NCBI RefSeq assembly: GCF_009914755.1
Contig: NC_060925.1
Source: the human T2T-CHM13v2.0 reference genome, Homo sapiens
Reading direction: 5' to 3' (one strand)
Length of the DNA stretch: 64,000 nucleotides
In this document: piece by piece, positions 11,519 to 25,874 of the stretch
Position numbering within the stretch: the first letter of the stretch is position 1
How the letters are laid out: every line of letters begins with the position of its first letter
Position numbers and translations under genes: made by a program
The notes under the pieces: generated by a model
Seen by the model: the letters and a program-made list of their open reading frames with translations, nothing else
The model's database searches: none
Told to the model about the DNA's origin: nothing

Positions 11519-13128
11519 TTGTTGTTCACATTGAAAGAGATAATGCTGCCTACCAAACTAATAAGTCCTTTCTTGGAGAAATTGCCAAACCTGCTGACTA
11601 ACTACTCAGGTTTCCTGTGGGTAAGGTGGTCATCTTCTGCACCATGCAACTATATTATCTAATAAAACCTGACTATCCAGTGTTTATTTGCAATCCCAGA
11701 GCCAAAATTCTTCTTTAATAATATGCATCCCAATCATATTCTTAACTTAGTATTTTACCTGGAGGCTTAGGTGTTCCCAGAAATACATTTTTAAAATGTA
11801 TTTTAGAGGTGGTGGTGATGGGATAGGGGATTATTATTTGTATGCTCATTTGTTGGTTAGCTGTGGCTTTAGAAGAGCCATTTTGTCTGTCATTGGAGGA
11901 AGGTGACTCACTAGTTGTAAATGTAATTCCCTCCCTTTCTACATCCAGTTTCCAAGAAGGAAGACTTGCCACTGTGTTTCTAATGAGTCATTTTTTAATC
12001 ATGCTGCCCATCAAGCAAAGACAGATGAATAGATTATTTTTTCATTTTTGTGGATAGTTTTGCAACCCAATAAGCACTTCTTCTTGAGACATTAATCCAC
12101 TTTATGAGAGAGAACAGGACCAGGATAGTGGAGGGTTTATGTTTTGGGAGGCAGTTGGAGTGGGTAGGGTTAATGAGAGAGTTTCCTGATTGGGAAATGG
12201 GAAGGAGAGGAAAAGAAAAAGGAAGTACAAGTTCCACAGAGTAGAGGCCCCCTGAATATGTAGGTTCATAGAAGGAGAAGCCTCTGTGGGTCCCTGTAAA
12301 GACTTAGCACTCAATTTCGCTGTTTCAAGGATCTTGGCGAGTGTCTCTCACAACTAAGCCAGGAAAAGAGGAAGTTCATCTTCCACGGGAGCCACAGCCA
12401 TCATAAAATGTTAGAGTGGAATGACCAGTGAATGAGTGGAAAATGCAGTGGAAGAGTAAAGTTTAATAGTGACAGTGTATAATCCCTAGACGATCCCTCT
12501 ACTTTTAACAGACTTTTAATTTTAGAATAGTTTTAGATATAGAGAAAAGTTTCGAAGATAGTACAGAGAGGTCCTATTCATCTCACACTCAGTTTCCATT
12601 ATTGTACCTTCTTACATTAGTATGGTACGAATATTACATTCATGATCCAATGTTAGTCCATTATCATTAACTAAGTTCCTACCTTACTCAGGTTTCCTTG
12701 GCTTTTACCTAATAGTTTTCACTCGTGCAGGATCCCACCAGTGTACCATACTACATTTACTGGACATGTCTCTTTAGGTTCCTTTTCACTGTGGCAGTTT
12801 CTCAGATTGTCCTTGTTTTTGATGACCTTTGAGTAGTACTAGTCAGATATTTTGTAGAATCCCTTAATTAGATTTGTCTGGTATTTCTTAATGATTAGAT
12901 TGGCTAAAGATTTTTAGGATGAAGACTTCAGAAGGAAACTTCCATTTTTATCCCATCATAATACAAGTGTGTGCTAGCAATATGACTTATCACTGTTGAT
13001 ATTAAATTTGTTCACCTGGCTGAGATATTGTTTGTCAGGTTTCTCCACTGTAAAATTACTCTCTTCTTCTATTTCTTTTCATAGTGTATTTTTTAGAATG
13101 AAGTCCCTTATGAGAAGACCACATATAA

Positions 13129-13570
<442 letters not shown>

Positions 13571-14671
13571 GGATGGGAAGTTATGCTCCCCCTCCTTATA
13601 GCCAAGTACCTACATAGATTATTTGGAATTCTGCATGAAAGCTCTGTTTATTCTCCCCTATTTATTTACTTATTCAATTATTTATTTATATTAATATGGA
13701 CTGATGGATTTTTTTTATACTTTGAGTTATAATCCACACTACTTTTTTTTTTATTGTTGCTCAAATTTTTCCAGCATTTGACATTGAGAGCTTTTTCATT
13801 TGGCTCCAGTGTCCCTTTGATATGCCTCCTTCACTCATCATTATGTGTCTGTGTTTGTGTCTCTGTGTGTGTATGTGTGTTTTAACACTTCCTTACTTTT
13901 TGGCACTACAATATGCCCCAAGCTTATCTTGTATATTCCTAGCCTCAGTTTTGGAATCAACCATTTTCCCAGGTAACTTGCTTCCTTCAATTGGAGAAAT
14001 GTACATTAGAAACAAAGATCTGGGCACTAGGTGTGCTTATTGCTATTGGAGTGTCATTTTTCTAGGTCTTCTCAGCTGACAGAGCAAAAACAAATTTATG
14101 TATACTAACCCTTGTATGCACATTTATCTGTAAATATTTCCATAATCTGCTGTAATATATAGAGGAAATTAAATAATGTGCTAAATTAAACATGAGTTCA
14201 TACTAATGTCTCTAACTTTAACCCATTGCTACATTGATCATTCTAACCACCCCTAGTGTTTTTGTAACTTCCCACTCCAACAGTGAGAAACCTGGCTTCC
14301 ACCATCCATTTACTTAATTCTTCAGTTCCAGTGTATATGTATGGTAGTGTCAGAATTGTTAAGCCATAACCCTGCGGGAAACAACTTTGTCAACTATACT
14401 ACATTGCTTAGGTACCATGTCTTTTGTCACTAGCTTTGTGGACTCCACAAACTTCTGGAGTTGCTTCCATCAGTACCTTTCTCCCTACTTTCTTCAGTGA
14501 GGTTATTTCATCCACTTGTAGTAGAGTTAGATTCTTCTGTCACACGTTGCCTTCCATCATGGGATTTCTTAATCTCCTATATGATTTTGTTTTAATTTAC
14601 ATGTGTTAAGCTTTACTGTTGGTGCTATAAAGTTCTATGGGTTTTGACAATTTAATTGTCAAATTAAATTG

Positions 14672-14750
14672 CATTTAATATATATGCACCATTTAATATG
14701 TATGCACCATTTAATATGTATGCCATACCATTTAATATGTATGCACCATT
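14672..14750. repeat. 18-bp minisatellite (CATTTAATATGTATGCAC) x ~4.2
   Basis: Units start at 14672, 14690, 14708 (3-nt longer), 14729, and a partial unit at 14747. Confidence 0.95.
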
Positions 14751-15139
14751 ATAATAGCATACAGAAAAGTTTCTTGCCCAAAATATCCGCTGTATTTTAT
14801 CTATTTAAACCTGCCCTCTCCTGGAACCCTTGGCAACCACCGGTCTGTTCACTGAATCTATAGTTTTGCCCTTTCCAAATGTCATATACATTGAACTGTA
14901 AGTTATGTAGCCTTTCAGACTAACTGCTTTCACTTACTAACATGCATGTAAGTTTCATGCATATTTTTGCATAACTTGATAGCTCCTTCCTTCTTATCAC
15001 TAAAGAGTATTCTATTGTTTGGATAGACAACAGTTTGTTTAACCTTTCACCTACCAAAAGACATCTTGGTTGCTTTCAGTTTTTGCCTATTATATATAAG
15101 ACTTCTAAAAACTCGTGCAGATTTGCTTTGCAGCTTTAT

Positions 15140-15912
15140 CATTTAATTTTTTTAATTTAGATATAATTTGCATACCATAAGATTCATCTTTTTAAAATGT
15201 ATTTTTAAATGTATATTTCAGTGTTTCTTAGTACATTCACAGTATTGTGCAGCCATCACCACCATCTAATTCAAGAATATTTTCAGCACCCAAAACCATG
15301 TACCCAACAATTATTTCCCATTCTCCCTTGCCTCCGACCCACTAATCTACTTTCTGTCTCTATAGCTTTGCCTATCTGGACATTTCCTACAAATGGAATC
15401 AAATGATACATTACCTTTTGTGTCTGGCTTCTTTAACTTAACACAGCGTTGTCAAGGTTCATCCATGTTGTAAACATGTGTCAATCATTCCACTTTATGT
15501 CTGCATATTATTCCATTATATGGATATACCACACTTCATCTTTTCGTCAGTTGTTGGACATTTGAATTGTTTCCACTTTTGGCTATTAAGAATAATGCTG
15601 CTATAATCATTTATGTACACATTTTTGCATAAACATATATTTTCATTTCTCATGGATATATATCTATCACTGTAATTGCTGGGTCATATGGTAACTCTTT
15701 GCTTAACTCTTTGAGGAGTTCCCCAACTATTTTTGAAAGCAGCAGTACTATTTTAGATTCCCTCCAGCAATGTTTGAGAGTTGCAATTTTGCCACCTCCT
15801 CACTAACACTTGTTATTGTCCATCTTTTTTATTATAGCCATGTAATGGGTGTGATTTGATATCTCATTAAGATTTTGATTTGCATTTCTCTAATGACTAA
15901 TGATCATGTGCT
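15140..15912 (-). mobile_element. L1MB-class 3' end nested in the older L1
   Basis: agatataatttgcataccataagattcatc...tagtacattcacagtattgtgcagccatcaccaccatctaattc...tttgcatttctctaatgactaatgat. Confidence 0.85.
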
Positions 15913-16159
15913 TCACATGCAGGTTTCTGTATGTTCATAAGTTTTCAAATCAGTTTGGTAAGCACCTAGAAGCACTATTACTGGATTATGTGTTAAGATT
16001 ATGTTCTCTTAATTTTTAGTCAATCAAATAAATGTAATCATCTAAAACAACCAATATTTGTGAACTCTCATCTGTTACAAACAATGATAGCTAGCTAGTT
16101 GTTAGCCAGAGAGGAAACAGAAAACTCATGTTGTTCTATGTTATTCTTCCCTGAGTGCA

Positions 16160-16325
16160 AATGATTATTGCACCTTCTAGGGGAGATGACAAGGTGCTGG
16201 GGTACTTTCAGGTGTCACAATGACCATGTGTGCCACAAGCATTTAGTGTCTGAGGATGAATCAATATTGTGCAGTGTGTGAAAGAGTCTTGCACAATTAA
16301 GAAATGTTCTATTCCTAATGTCACC
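16160..16325 (+). mobile_element. MER20/MER20B-like hAT-Charlie fragment
   Basis: tgcaccttctagggg...ggtgtcacaatgac...gcatttagtg...cacaattaagaaatgttct...aatgtca. Confidence 0.5.
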
Positions 16326-17274
16326 GAACATCCCAGATGAAATTAATAGACAAATGTAGGAGTCAACAGAAACTGAAAGACAGAAAAGATAGAAGGTAGA
16401 GTTCAAAATTTGCAAGTGAAAAAACAAGTATGGAAAGGAAATAGTGGTTAACTGACAACTTTCTGGGACTGATAAGATCTGCTTCCTAGAAATATTTTGA
16501 GACTTAAATAATCTCTGAGACCTATAAATGTCACAGTCTTTGAGACTGTTGTTTTTATTTATATTTTGCATCTTCATCCTGACTATCTAACATTATTTAG
16601 ATTACCTTACTGAGTGGCCTTTGCAGTCAAAAGATGCTAACCAGCACACTTTTTTTTCCTATAAAGGTACGGACAGGGTGGAATTTGAAGGAGGTGTTAA
16701 AGTTCCCACTTTACTCTGAAGTTATTCATTATAAGCTGTTAGGACTAACATTTGCATTGTGGTTAAAAAATAACAAGTAATTGTGGTATCTTTAAACATT
16801 AACCTGGCAAGCTCATTATTTGGGATGCTTTGACTAATTATTTTTCTTTGTGATGCTAATGAATTGCTTTCTGAGGTCTCATAAAATTATGAAATTGAGG
16901 CTAACATAAAATCAAATATTTGGGTAGGAGAAAGTAGCAAGTGCTTTGCATCCTTATTCCAAGTATGTGGGATAGTATTCTAAAGTATTATTCAGCATTA
17001 TAAACCAGGAATTAACACAGAAAAAATGAAAATTTCTTAATTTAATTCCCATTGGTAGGATATTGTGGTGAAGTGGAACTTTTTCAAAAAAAAAAAAAAA
17101 AAAAAAACCAAAAAACCCAAGTCACACTCTGTACATACCAAAGTGTTTAATTTCCATTTAGTTGATTTTTGCATGTTACCAAAATGCTAAATTCATTTTC
17201 CCCCAACAATTAAAGAATAGAATACATTGTTCTATATTTCTCGCAGCCAACTCAGTAAGTAGTGATTAAGCCTT

Positions 17275-17765
17275 CTGGCAGTCTGTTCCGTTCATGGCCC
17301 CCAGTGAACAAGTTTCCTGGTATTCATCCCCTTGTATAATTCTTTCCCATCGAATCTGGGCTGGACCAATGACATGCTTAATCAAAAGAACATGTCAGAG
17401 TGCCAGTTCCAGGACCAAGCTTTAAAAGGTCTGGAAGTTTTCACTTTTGCACTCATAGGAGCTCTGAGCCTCCAGGCAGAAATACAGCTATGCTTCTGGA
17501 AAGGGCATGTGAGAAGCACCAAGCAGAATGAGAGAACCTGTGACTACATGGAAAAAGAAAGATGCCTAGCTCTCTCAACTTCCCGAACTGCCCACCGCAG
17601 AGTTACCAATTGAATTCACCCACAGAAGTGACCAGCAGCAAGACAAGCAGAAGAATCAGTTGCTGAGTCCAGCACAGACTGCAAAATTGTAAACAAATTA
17701 AATAGTTGTTGTTTCAAGCCAGTAAGTTTGAGAATTTAGTTTTGAAGCAATAAAAAAACCATGGC
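17275..17765 (+). mobile_element. MLT1F/G/H-like MaLR LTR
   Basis: atggcccccagtgaac...cctggtattcatccccttgtataat...gaatctgggctgg...gttgtttcaagccagtaagtttg. Confidence 0.8.
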
Positions 17766-17886
17766 ACCTGCTATATATCCAGCACTACATAATTTGACAA
17801 GGAAGCACAAAAAAATAGAAAATGAAGGAGTGATGAACGTTTGACTTCCAGTTGTTGAGCTGGATTATGGTGTACTACATCTTTTC

Positions 17887-18196
<310 letters not shown>

Positions 18197-18429
18197 TACA
18201 TCTTTTCATAAGAATTTTGGAAATTATGTTTTTATCAGTAATATGTTTCAGCTACATTTCAGATTATCCAAAATATGGCTGGAATATTAATTATACTTAG
18301 CATTTTTTAGGCAAATGAATTCTTCAACTTCCAACAAGTAACTTATCAATGAACTTTGGGAACATATTAATTTACTGGGTGTTACTGGTATCATGACATG
18401 CAATCTTTCAAGGAATAATTTCCAATTAT

Positions 18430-18740
18430 TACAATAAGTCAAGCAAGGGAGAAATTTGGACTTGCTGTGTGATACAAGGAAGATGCAACACACTCAGTTT
18501 CAGGAACTGATCGGAAGGAAAGGGTCGGAATGAGCCAGGCATAAAAGAACAACAAAAACATTCTAGTGGAGGAAGCCGCCATCTTAGAAGGGTACACAGG
18601 ATTTGGTTTATAATCACACTGGATGGTGAAAAGGATTTTTATGAAATTACTCAAAGATAACAAGGAAATTACATGGTTAGGTCATGTTTTAGAATTATGA
18701 ATTTGGCAGCAATTCATAGTAGAAGAGGGAAAGATTAGAC
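18430..18740 (-). mobile_element. Degenerate L2 fragment
   Basis: aggatttggtttataatc...ggaaattacatggttaggtcatgttttagaattatgaatttggcagca. Confidence 0.45.
18575..18585 (-). promoter_or_regulatory. Consensus YY1 motif (AAGATGGCGGC)
   Basis: GCCGCCATCTT on the + strand; motif match only, occupancy unknown. Confidence 0.4.
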
Positions 18741-19855
18741 AAAATCTTTAAAAGACTTCCTGACATCCAGTATTTTCAGTAGCTTTCTCCAGTATTCAAA
18801 AGAGATTTTTTTTAGTTCACATTTTATATTTTCAAGTGTAAAATAATGAAATAAATGGCAGTAAGTACACTTATTTTGCAGTTTAGTCAAATGTTTTCAT
18901 ATGATGTCATAATAATATCAAATTTTCTTGACCAAATATCGAATCATTTACTCAAATAACTTTGATGATCCCCTGAGTTCATCCATGATATATTAAATAA
19001 AGAGATGTATGGTTTTTACATGCATGACCTTTGATATCCTGAAGAACATTTTATAACGACTTTCCTTAGCAATATTTTTGTGAATGTATATGTTTATATG
19101 TGTTTTTCTCTTTTCGATTTTTTATTCTGAGCATGATTTTTAATATTCTGCCAAGAGAGTAAATAGCAGAGCATTATCTTATGTACTTAGCTGTATTTCC
19201 TTGTGAGGAGAAAAGATTTTTAAGAAAAAAAATCAGTTGGGTACTAAAGAAATAATTGAGTCAGGATGAAAAAGAAAATGAAAAAATCCTCCCCAATTCT
19301 TATTTTAGCCCTAAATTTCTTTTAGAGTATCTTATGTCAATGTACTTCATATTGTTATTTGCAGTTGCATAGACTGTATCACAAGAACTAAGAGAAAAAT
19401 ATCTTGTTGGGATTTACTACCACTATAGGCTTTGTAAACAAATAATTTGTTTATACACAAATATATTATCTAATGGTCTGACACAGTGCCTAGTAAACAG
19501 TTATGGCCAGAGTTAGTGCGAGAAAAGCAGATCCATAAGGTCTGTTCAATTTATATTTCTAGGAGGATGAGCTGGGTTTGGATTCCTTCTAACATGTAAC
19601 TTGGATATATTGTTCTATAAAACTTTACTGAAATTGGGGGAAGTCTTTCCAAATTAGGTAAAGTGTTTTAGAGGGCTTAGTGCTTAAATTTCATGAATTG
19701 GTCTCAGTGCTGATCTGTGCTTTAGTGGCATATGATAACTACTTCAGGCATTTTCTATGGCCAGAATTGATGTTGTATGTGCTTCTGTGATTTGTAGTGT
19801 TATGTCATATCACTGGATTACAGGTAATTCATTTCCCATTGAAATATGTAGCCAT

Positions 19856-20226
19856 GACCAACCACAGTGGCTCATGCGTGTAATGCCAGCTCTTTGGAAG
19901 GCCGAAGCGAGCAGATTGCTTGAGCTCAGGAGTATGAAACCAACCTGGCCAACATGGTGAAACCCTATCTCTACTAAAAATAAAAAAAAAAAATTAGCCG
20001 GGCATGGTGGCGCGTACCTGGGGTCCCAGCTACTCCGGAGTCTGAGGCGCAAGAATCACTTGATCCTGAGAGGCGTGATTGCAATGAGCCTCGATCGTGC
20101 CACTGCACTCCAGCCTAGGTGACAGCGTAAGACTCTGTTTCAAAAAAAAAAAAAAAAAAGAAAAAGAAAGAAAGAAAAAAGGAAAAAAGGAAAAAAAAGA
20201 AAGAAAAGAAAACGAAAAAAAGAGAA
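19856..20226 (+). mobile_element. Alu (older S/J-type) with ~85-nt A/G tail
   Basis: Dimeric Alu; TSD GAAATA(T/C)GTAGCCA at 19841-19854 and 20227-20240. Confidence 0.93.
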
Positions 20227-20865
20227 GAAATACGTAGCCACAAACTTCAACTGAGTAAAGAATGAATCAAATAAGAAGCATGGTGAATGTTTCTAAAATG
20301 CAAAGTCTGTATTTATTTTTAGGTTTGTATACATTAGAATCTATATTATAAAGTATGGAAATTCTTTTAAAATCCAGAAATGCTACATGTTTTTGAAAAG
20401 CATTACTCTAAATGGTATAATTTAGGTTTAAAGTATAGTTTGTGATAAAATATTAAAGGTAGTTTTTGATTTGAAATATTTAAATTAGAGCTGTCTATAG
20501 ATTAATTTCAAAATTATAACTCATAATCAGATGTTAATTCTAATTCTTTTTAGTGTCATATAAGTGTAAAATTGTATTTTTATCTCTAAGGTAGCATAAT
20601 GAACTGTGAATCTAAGATTTGAAAAACGGTGTACTAATGAACTTATAATTCCTTGGTGCATATGTTGGGGGGGCCTTTTTCAAAGCATATCTGAAAGTAT
20701 AAAGAATCTGTTTTTAATGTTTGATTAGCAGCAAAATTAGTGGGCTAGAAACATTATTCATAATATAATAGAGGTGTAGGAAAGTTGGAAACTCTCCAAT
20801 TGGATATTTATTTGGAAACAGGGACAACTTAATTGTTCTGAGGTTGAGAGACAAATTACTGATTA

Positions 20866-20934
20866 CATTTTCTCAGTAAAGGTTTCTTTTTAAAATTAAA
20901 ACTAAATTTGTTTATATATTTTACTGAGAAAATG
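20866..20934. repeat. Perfect 15-bp inverted repeat, 39-nt spacer
   Basis: CATTTTCTCAGTAAA (20866-20880) and TTTACTGAGAAAATG (20920-20934). Confidence 0.9.
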
Positions 20935-21994
20935 CTCATCTCCTCCTGCATAATGGTTGGCACATAGTAGGTGCTCAATACATATTTTTAAATTAATTCT
21001 AAGAAGTGCAATATGTCCATTAATTTTGTCTATTGGGCATGCTGCTTATTTGAACTTGGTGAAAATTATGGATTCTAGTTTTTCTATTTTATGAATTAGA
21101 CACAGTCAGAAGGTATGAATGTTGATGTCATTTTTGGTGATTTTATTTTGAAGTAAAAATAGATAAATAATAAAAATTAAATTTAAAATTTAAATTCTAA
21201 ATTTGTGATTTATGATATTTTGACTCAACATTTCTATTTCTAGTGTACAAATTATATCTGATTCCTGGGAAGTATTAAGGGTAATTTGTTGTATATCGAA
21301 TGTTTTTATCTTTTTTATAATACCTCTTAAAAGTGGTTTTTGAATATAAACCTTAACAATAGAAGAAAGAATGAAAGTGCCTACTTATTAAATGAAATAT
21401 TTAGAGGGGTATTTCTTAAGCTATATCCTCTCAAATTGAAGGTAAGAATTTTCTAGGCAGCATAAGAAATTATGCTAAAATGAGTTCCCTCTGTGCATGT
21501 GAGCTGGTATATATTCACATTAGTGATGTGTATCTTTTACAATAAATGGGAAAAATAAATACTTCTTGTAGTTGAGTGGAAACTTCATTGCCCCAAGTTG
21601 TGTATGCATTAGATAAAAGAATGTTTTAAATATTCAAACTCGGTATCATAGTTATATGCATTAAGGACATTCTTCCACTGTATGGAAGAAGCATGCTTAT
21701 GCAAGCCTGGAGTCGGGAAGGGAAAAATAGGATCAAGGATCACTAAGGATGTAAGTAAAGATAGCCATGAACTAACTAACCACAAGTATGAAAATACTTT
21801 TATTATTCATTGGACAAGAAAATTACAGAACCAGGCATTTGGAAAATCTTCACATACTGACGTGTGGTTTCAGTTTAAAAGGTGCTGCTAAATAGAGACA
21901 GAAACAAGCTCAAATATTCCCAAATGATGCTTGCATCTGAAAGAAGAGGCAGATATGTCAAGCTTTATTCTAATCTACCACTAAATCTGTCTGA

Positions 21995-22690
21995 TCTCAT
22001 CATCAAGTATTTATTAATAATCTAACATTTATGTGCATACTATACTATGTTAAATGACAAGAAGACAGAGCATCATTAAGTATACTGTACAACAATCTTA
22101 AGTTGTATAGTCTTATTACAAAGCCAGGCATCCACCCATAGAGAGTAAACTCTGGTATCATCTGCTTTGTTCCAAATATGTGTAAACAAAAACAAAAATG
22201 CTATATTCAGCTATTATATAAGGTGAAATATGATAATTGTTCAAACCAAATAGCATTGGTACCTAAAGTTGGAGAAATTAAAATTGGGGAAGAAGTCAGA
22301 TTTTAACAGTCTAAGATTTGATGTAATGGATATAATGAAGTAAAGGCACTAATATTAGAAAGATGGAGTAAGATGAGGGAGTTTCCACAACTGAGCATAC
22401 AACAGTATAGTGATGTAGTTTCAAATATTGGACTAAAGGATACTAATTATATTAAATAATCCTGTAAAACTATCAAAAGAGATGTTGAATTTTAGGAAGG
22501 AAACTCTGATAGAGGGCAGTGAAAAGAATGGAGTGAAGGTGTGGGAGACAAGTTGGAAAGTTTTAATAATCCAGATGATTGTTATAAGACTGAAATAGGA
22601 CAAGAACAGAATGAATGGAAAGCAAGAAGTAGATGATGTTGCAGAGATTGAAATAAAAATATTGCACATACAAATAGATGTTTGGACAGA
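21995..22690 (-). mobile_element. Degenerate L2
   Basis: catcaagtatttattaa... and tgaattttaggaaggaaactctga...ggagacaagttggaaag...aataatccagatga. Confidence 0.5.
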
Positions 22691-22724
22691 TAAAATTGGT
22701 AAAGATCTTAGTAACTAGTATTTG

Positions 22725-23790
22725 TTACAGGTTTTTACATCTATATTCATGAGTAATATTGTCTGAAATTTTATTTCTTTTAGTGTCTTGTCTGGTATAG
22801 GTGCGGGATAATGCCAGCCTAATACTGAGTTTAAATGTCTTTCTATCTCATCTGTTTCCTGCAAGGATTTGTGTAGAATTGTTACTATTTCTTCCTTGAA
22901 TATTCAGTAGAATTCACTAATAGAATCCAATTCTTTAATAGATACAGAGCTACTTCTTCTTGAGTGAGCTTTGGAGGTTTCTGTCTTTCAAGGAATTTGT
23001 CCATTTCATTGATTTATGAAAACTATTGGCAACAGTTTTTCATAATATTTTTTCTTCTTCCTTTATTTTCATGTCATTTGCAGTTATATTCTCTCTATTT
23101 CTGACATTGGTGATTTGTGTGTTCATTCTGTTTTTACTTGAGCAGTTTGGCAAGAAGTTTATTAATTTTATGGATCTCATCAAATAATTAGCTTTCAGTT
23201 TCACTGATTTTCCTCTATTGGTTTTGTGTCTCCTATTTCAATGATTTCTGATTTTATCTGTATTGTTTCCTTTCTTTTGCTTTCTTTGAATTGAAATTGT
23301 ACCTCTTTTTATGTATTGTTAAGATGGAAATTTATAACATTAATTTGAGAACTTTCTTTTTTAATAAAGACATTTGATGCTTAATTTCCTTTTTTTTTTT
23401 TTTTTTTTTTTTTGTGACGGAGTCTCACTCTGTTGCCCAGGCTGGAGTGCAGTGGCGCGATCTCGGCTAACTGCAAACCTGCCTCCCGGGTTCACGCCAT
23501 TCTCCTGCCTCAGCCTCCCGAGTAGCTGGGACTACAGGCGCCTGCCACCACACCTGGCTAATTTTTTCTATTTTTTAGTAGAGACGGGGTTTCACTCTGT
23601 TAGCCAGGATGGTCTCGATCTCCTGACCTCGTGATTCGCCCGCCTCGGCCTCCCAAAGTGCTGGGATTACAGGCGTGAGCTACTGCGCCCGACCTAATTT
23701 CCTTTTTACAACTGTATTAGCTGCACCCTGAAAATTTTGATATATTTGTTTTCTAAAGTTCGTAATTTCAAAATAGTATCGGTTCCCATT
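22725..23790 (-). mobile_element. L1M ORF2 fragment interrupted by AluY
   Basis: acatctatattcatgagtaatattg...tgtagaattgttactatttcttccttgaatattcagtagaattcac...tcaaggaatttgtccatttcat. Confidence 0.8.
23395..23694 (-). mobile_element. AluY SINE
   Basis: gggttcacgccattctcc and ttagccaggatggtctcgatctcctgacctcgtga diagnostics; TSD TAATTTCCTTTTT at 23382-23394 and 23695-23707. Confidence 0.95.
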
Positions 23791-25317
23791 TAATCACTAT
23801 GAAAATTATTTGGCCTTGGTAGGGAAGATATAATTATTATATAGATTACAACATTCTAGAAATGAAGATTCAGGCAAATCATACTCAGATCTGGGTTTTC
23901 AAACCAGATAATCTGCTTCTAAGCATCTTGCTCTTCACACTATACCACATGGCTTCGTGGGCTACTTTACAAGTTCTCAAGTGTGGAAGACTTGAAGAAA
24001 GTTGAATATATAAGCCAAAGTTTTGAATACAGAAAGAGAAACAGATTTTTTTTTTTTTTTGGAGGGGAAGTTAGTTGTTTTATCCTATGGTGAGCTGAAG
24101 CTATTGATGTGAGAAATAAAAGGGCTGTCTGGATAAATGCTCATACCTTGAAACATCATGAAATCTGCTCTTAGAGACTATTTCATCCAGAAGAAAGGCA
24201 CTTCCCATTTTCTATTTCTGAGATACCGTTAATTGAATTGGACTAAATATTGTTTCGTTTTCCTCCCAACTACAGCTTTCCATATTCAGGTACAGACTTC
24301 AGTTCTAAAGAAGCAAACAATTAGAAATAGGATACTGAAGATGGCACAGTGGTTTTCAGATATATAAAATCTATGAGTATGTCCTAACAGAAAGTTGTAG
24401 AACCCAGAAAACCTCTGCTCAGTATGCATCCTAGTCAATTGCATGTTATACAAAGATATTTACATTATTATGGAGTATCAGAGTATCAATCAAGAGCATA
24501 AAAAGATGTCCTCTCAAAGGAGGAAGGGAATAGGCAAAATCTGATAGAAACTGAAATGTATGGGAAATATACATGTATTATCCTCCCTGTCAAATTTACG
24601 TCTGAAAAGGTTTTCCAGAATCACTGTTGGAAAATGTGCTGGGACAAGACGGTTTGCTCACCATCTTAACTGACACACTGTAAGTGTAATTAGTTATTGT
24701 CTTCTTTAAGAATGAGGAAAATAAATAAAATAAAGGCCAAACTTGAATACGTGAAAACAATAAAAAATAATAGAAAGAAAAGAGCTTCTGGATAACTTAG
24801 TAGAAGAATTTTGTTTCTGAAAGGATTTGCTGCAGGAACCAGAAAAAAATACTATCAGAATACAATTAGCACTCACGGAAGTACACAAGAAAGCATTATT
24901 TTTAATAAAAGAAGGATAAAACTATGTTAAGAGACAATGTTCATATGAAATGGTAAGAGAGTAACTTAAAATATTAAAGGATGGTGATGAAATTTAAAAT
25001 TATATTAACAGGATGAAAATCCAAAAAGCCTAATAATAACGTACAGGCTGAACTTGGAGATCAACCAGAAACAGAAGAAAAGAATATTAAAACAGTAGAA
25101 GATTTACCTATTTTTTGTCTCTGATATTTCTGTAAAGTATAAAATATGAGAGTCAGATATAATCCATGGGTCTTGTCTTCAGAAAATATGTACAGATAAA
25201 CAAGCATATACACATAGAATTCACCAATTTCCAAGGATTTAAAGAACTTCTAAATGGCATTCATGTATCCCATGTTAGGTGAAAAATTCCCAATATGCAG
25301 CGGAGCTGAATAATCTA

Positions 25318-25810
25318 GTTTAACATTTCCAAAACCAATACTCCCATGAACACATTATTTTCCCCCAACTGGTTATGACCACTCAAATAAGTTTTGGGAA
25401 TGCTCGGGTAAGTAATATTAAGCAGATTCCATTACTTCATTACTTTTCAGAACCTCTTATAGGCAATGTCTCAATATATAGCTCTTTCAAAATGTGCTTA
25501 CTCTCTGCCAGGCATTGTTCTAAGTGTTTCACACTTAAATCCTCCTAACAATCCTATCAGATAAGTACTATTATTTTCTGTATTATACATAGAAACTGAG
25601 GAAAAGCAAGATTAAATAACTTGTCTGGTTCACACAGCCTGTATATTAAGGAAGCTAGGATTTGACAGTATGGTCCAGAGTCTGTCATTTACCACTACAA
25701 TAAAAGCAGGAAGTAGAGCACACAGGGATCATTTAACTTTTTATTTTGAGGTGAACCTATTAATATTCCATAGAAGTGTGCTTTATAGAGCATAGTATGG
25801 AAAGTAGTAA
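25318..25810. mobile_element. MER103-like hAT-Charlie element split by a MIR
   Basis: caaataagttttgggaatgctcgggtaa...tcagaacctcttataggcaatgt; resumes with acctattaatattccatagaagtgtg. Confidence 0.55.
25478..25700 (-). mobile_element. MIR
   Basis: gtgcttactctctgccaggcattgttctaagtg...aatcctcctaacaatcct...agaaactgagg...aacttgtctggttcacacagc. Confidence 0.8.
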
Positions 25811-25874
25811 GGTGATTGATTAGATAGATTGAACCACATGTAAATACATATGAAACTTACACATACACACACAG

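Noticed and set aside
14672-14750. CRISPR-like repeat array
   Set aside because: Head-to-tail tandem units without unique spacers, in primate L1 DNA, with no cas genes
21244-21447. Possible plus-strand exon (tttctatttctag ... AAG|GTAAGA)
   Set aside because: Very AT-rich interior with a competing donor and no coding signal; weaker than the two exon candidates reported
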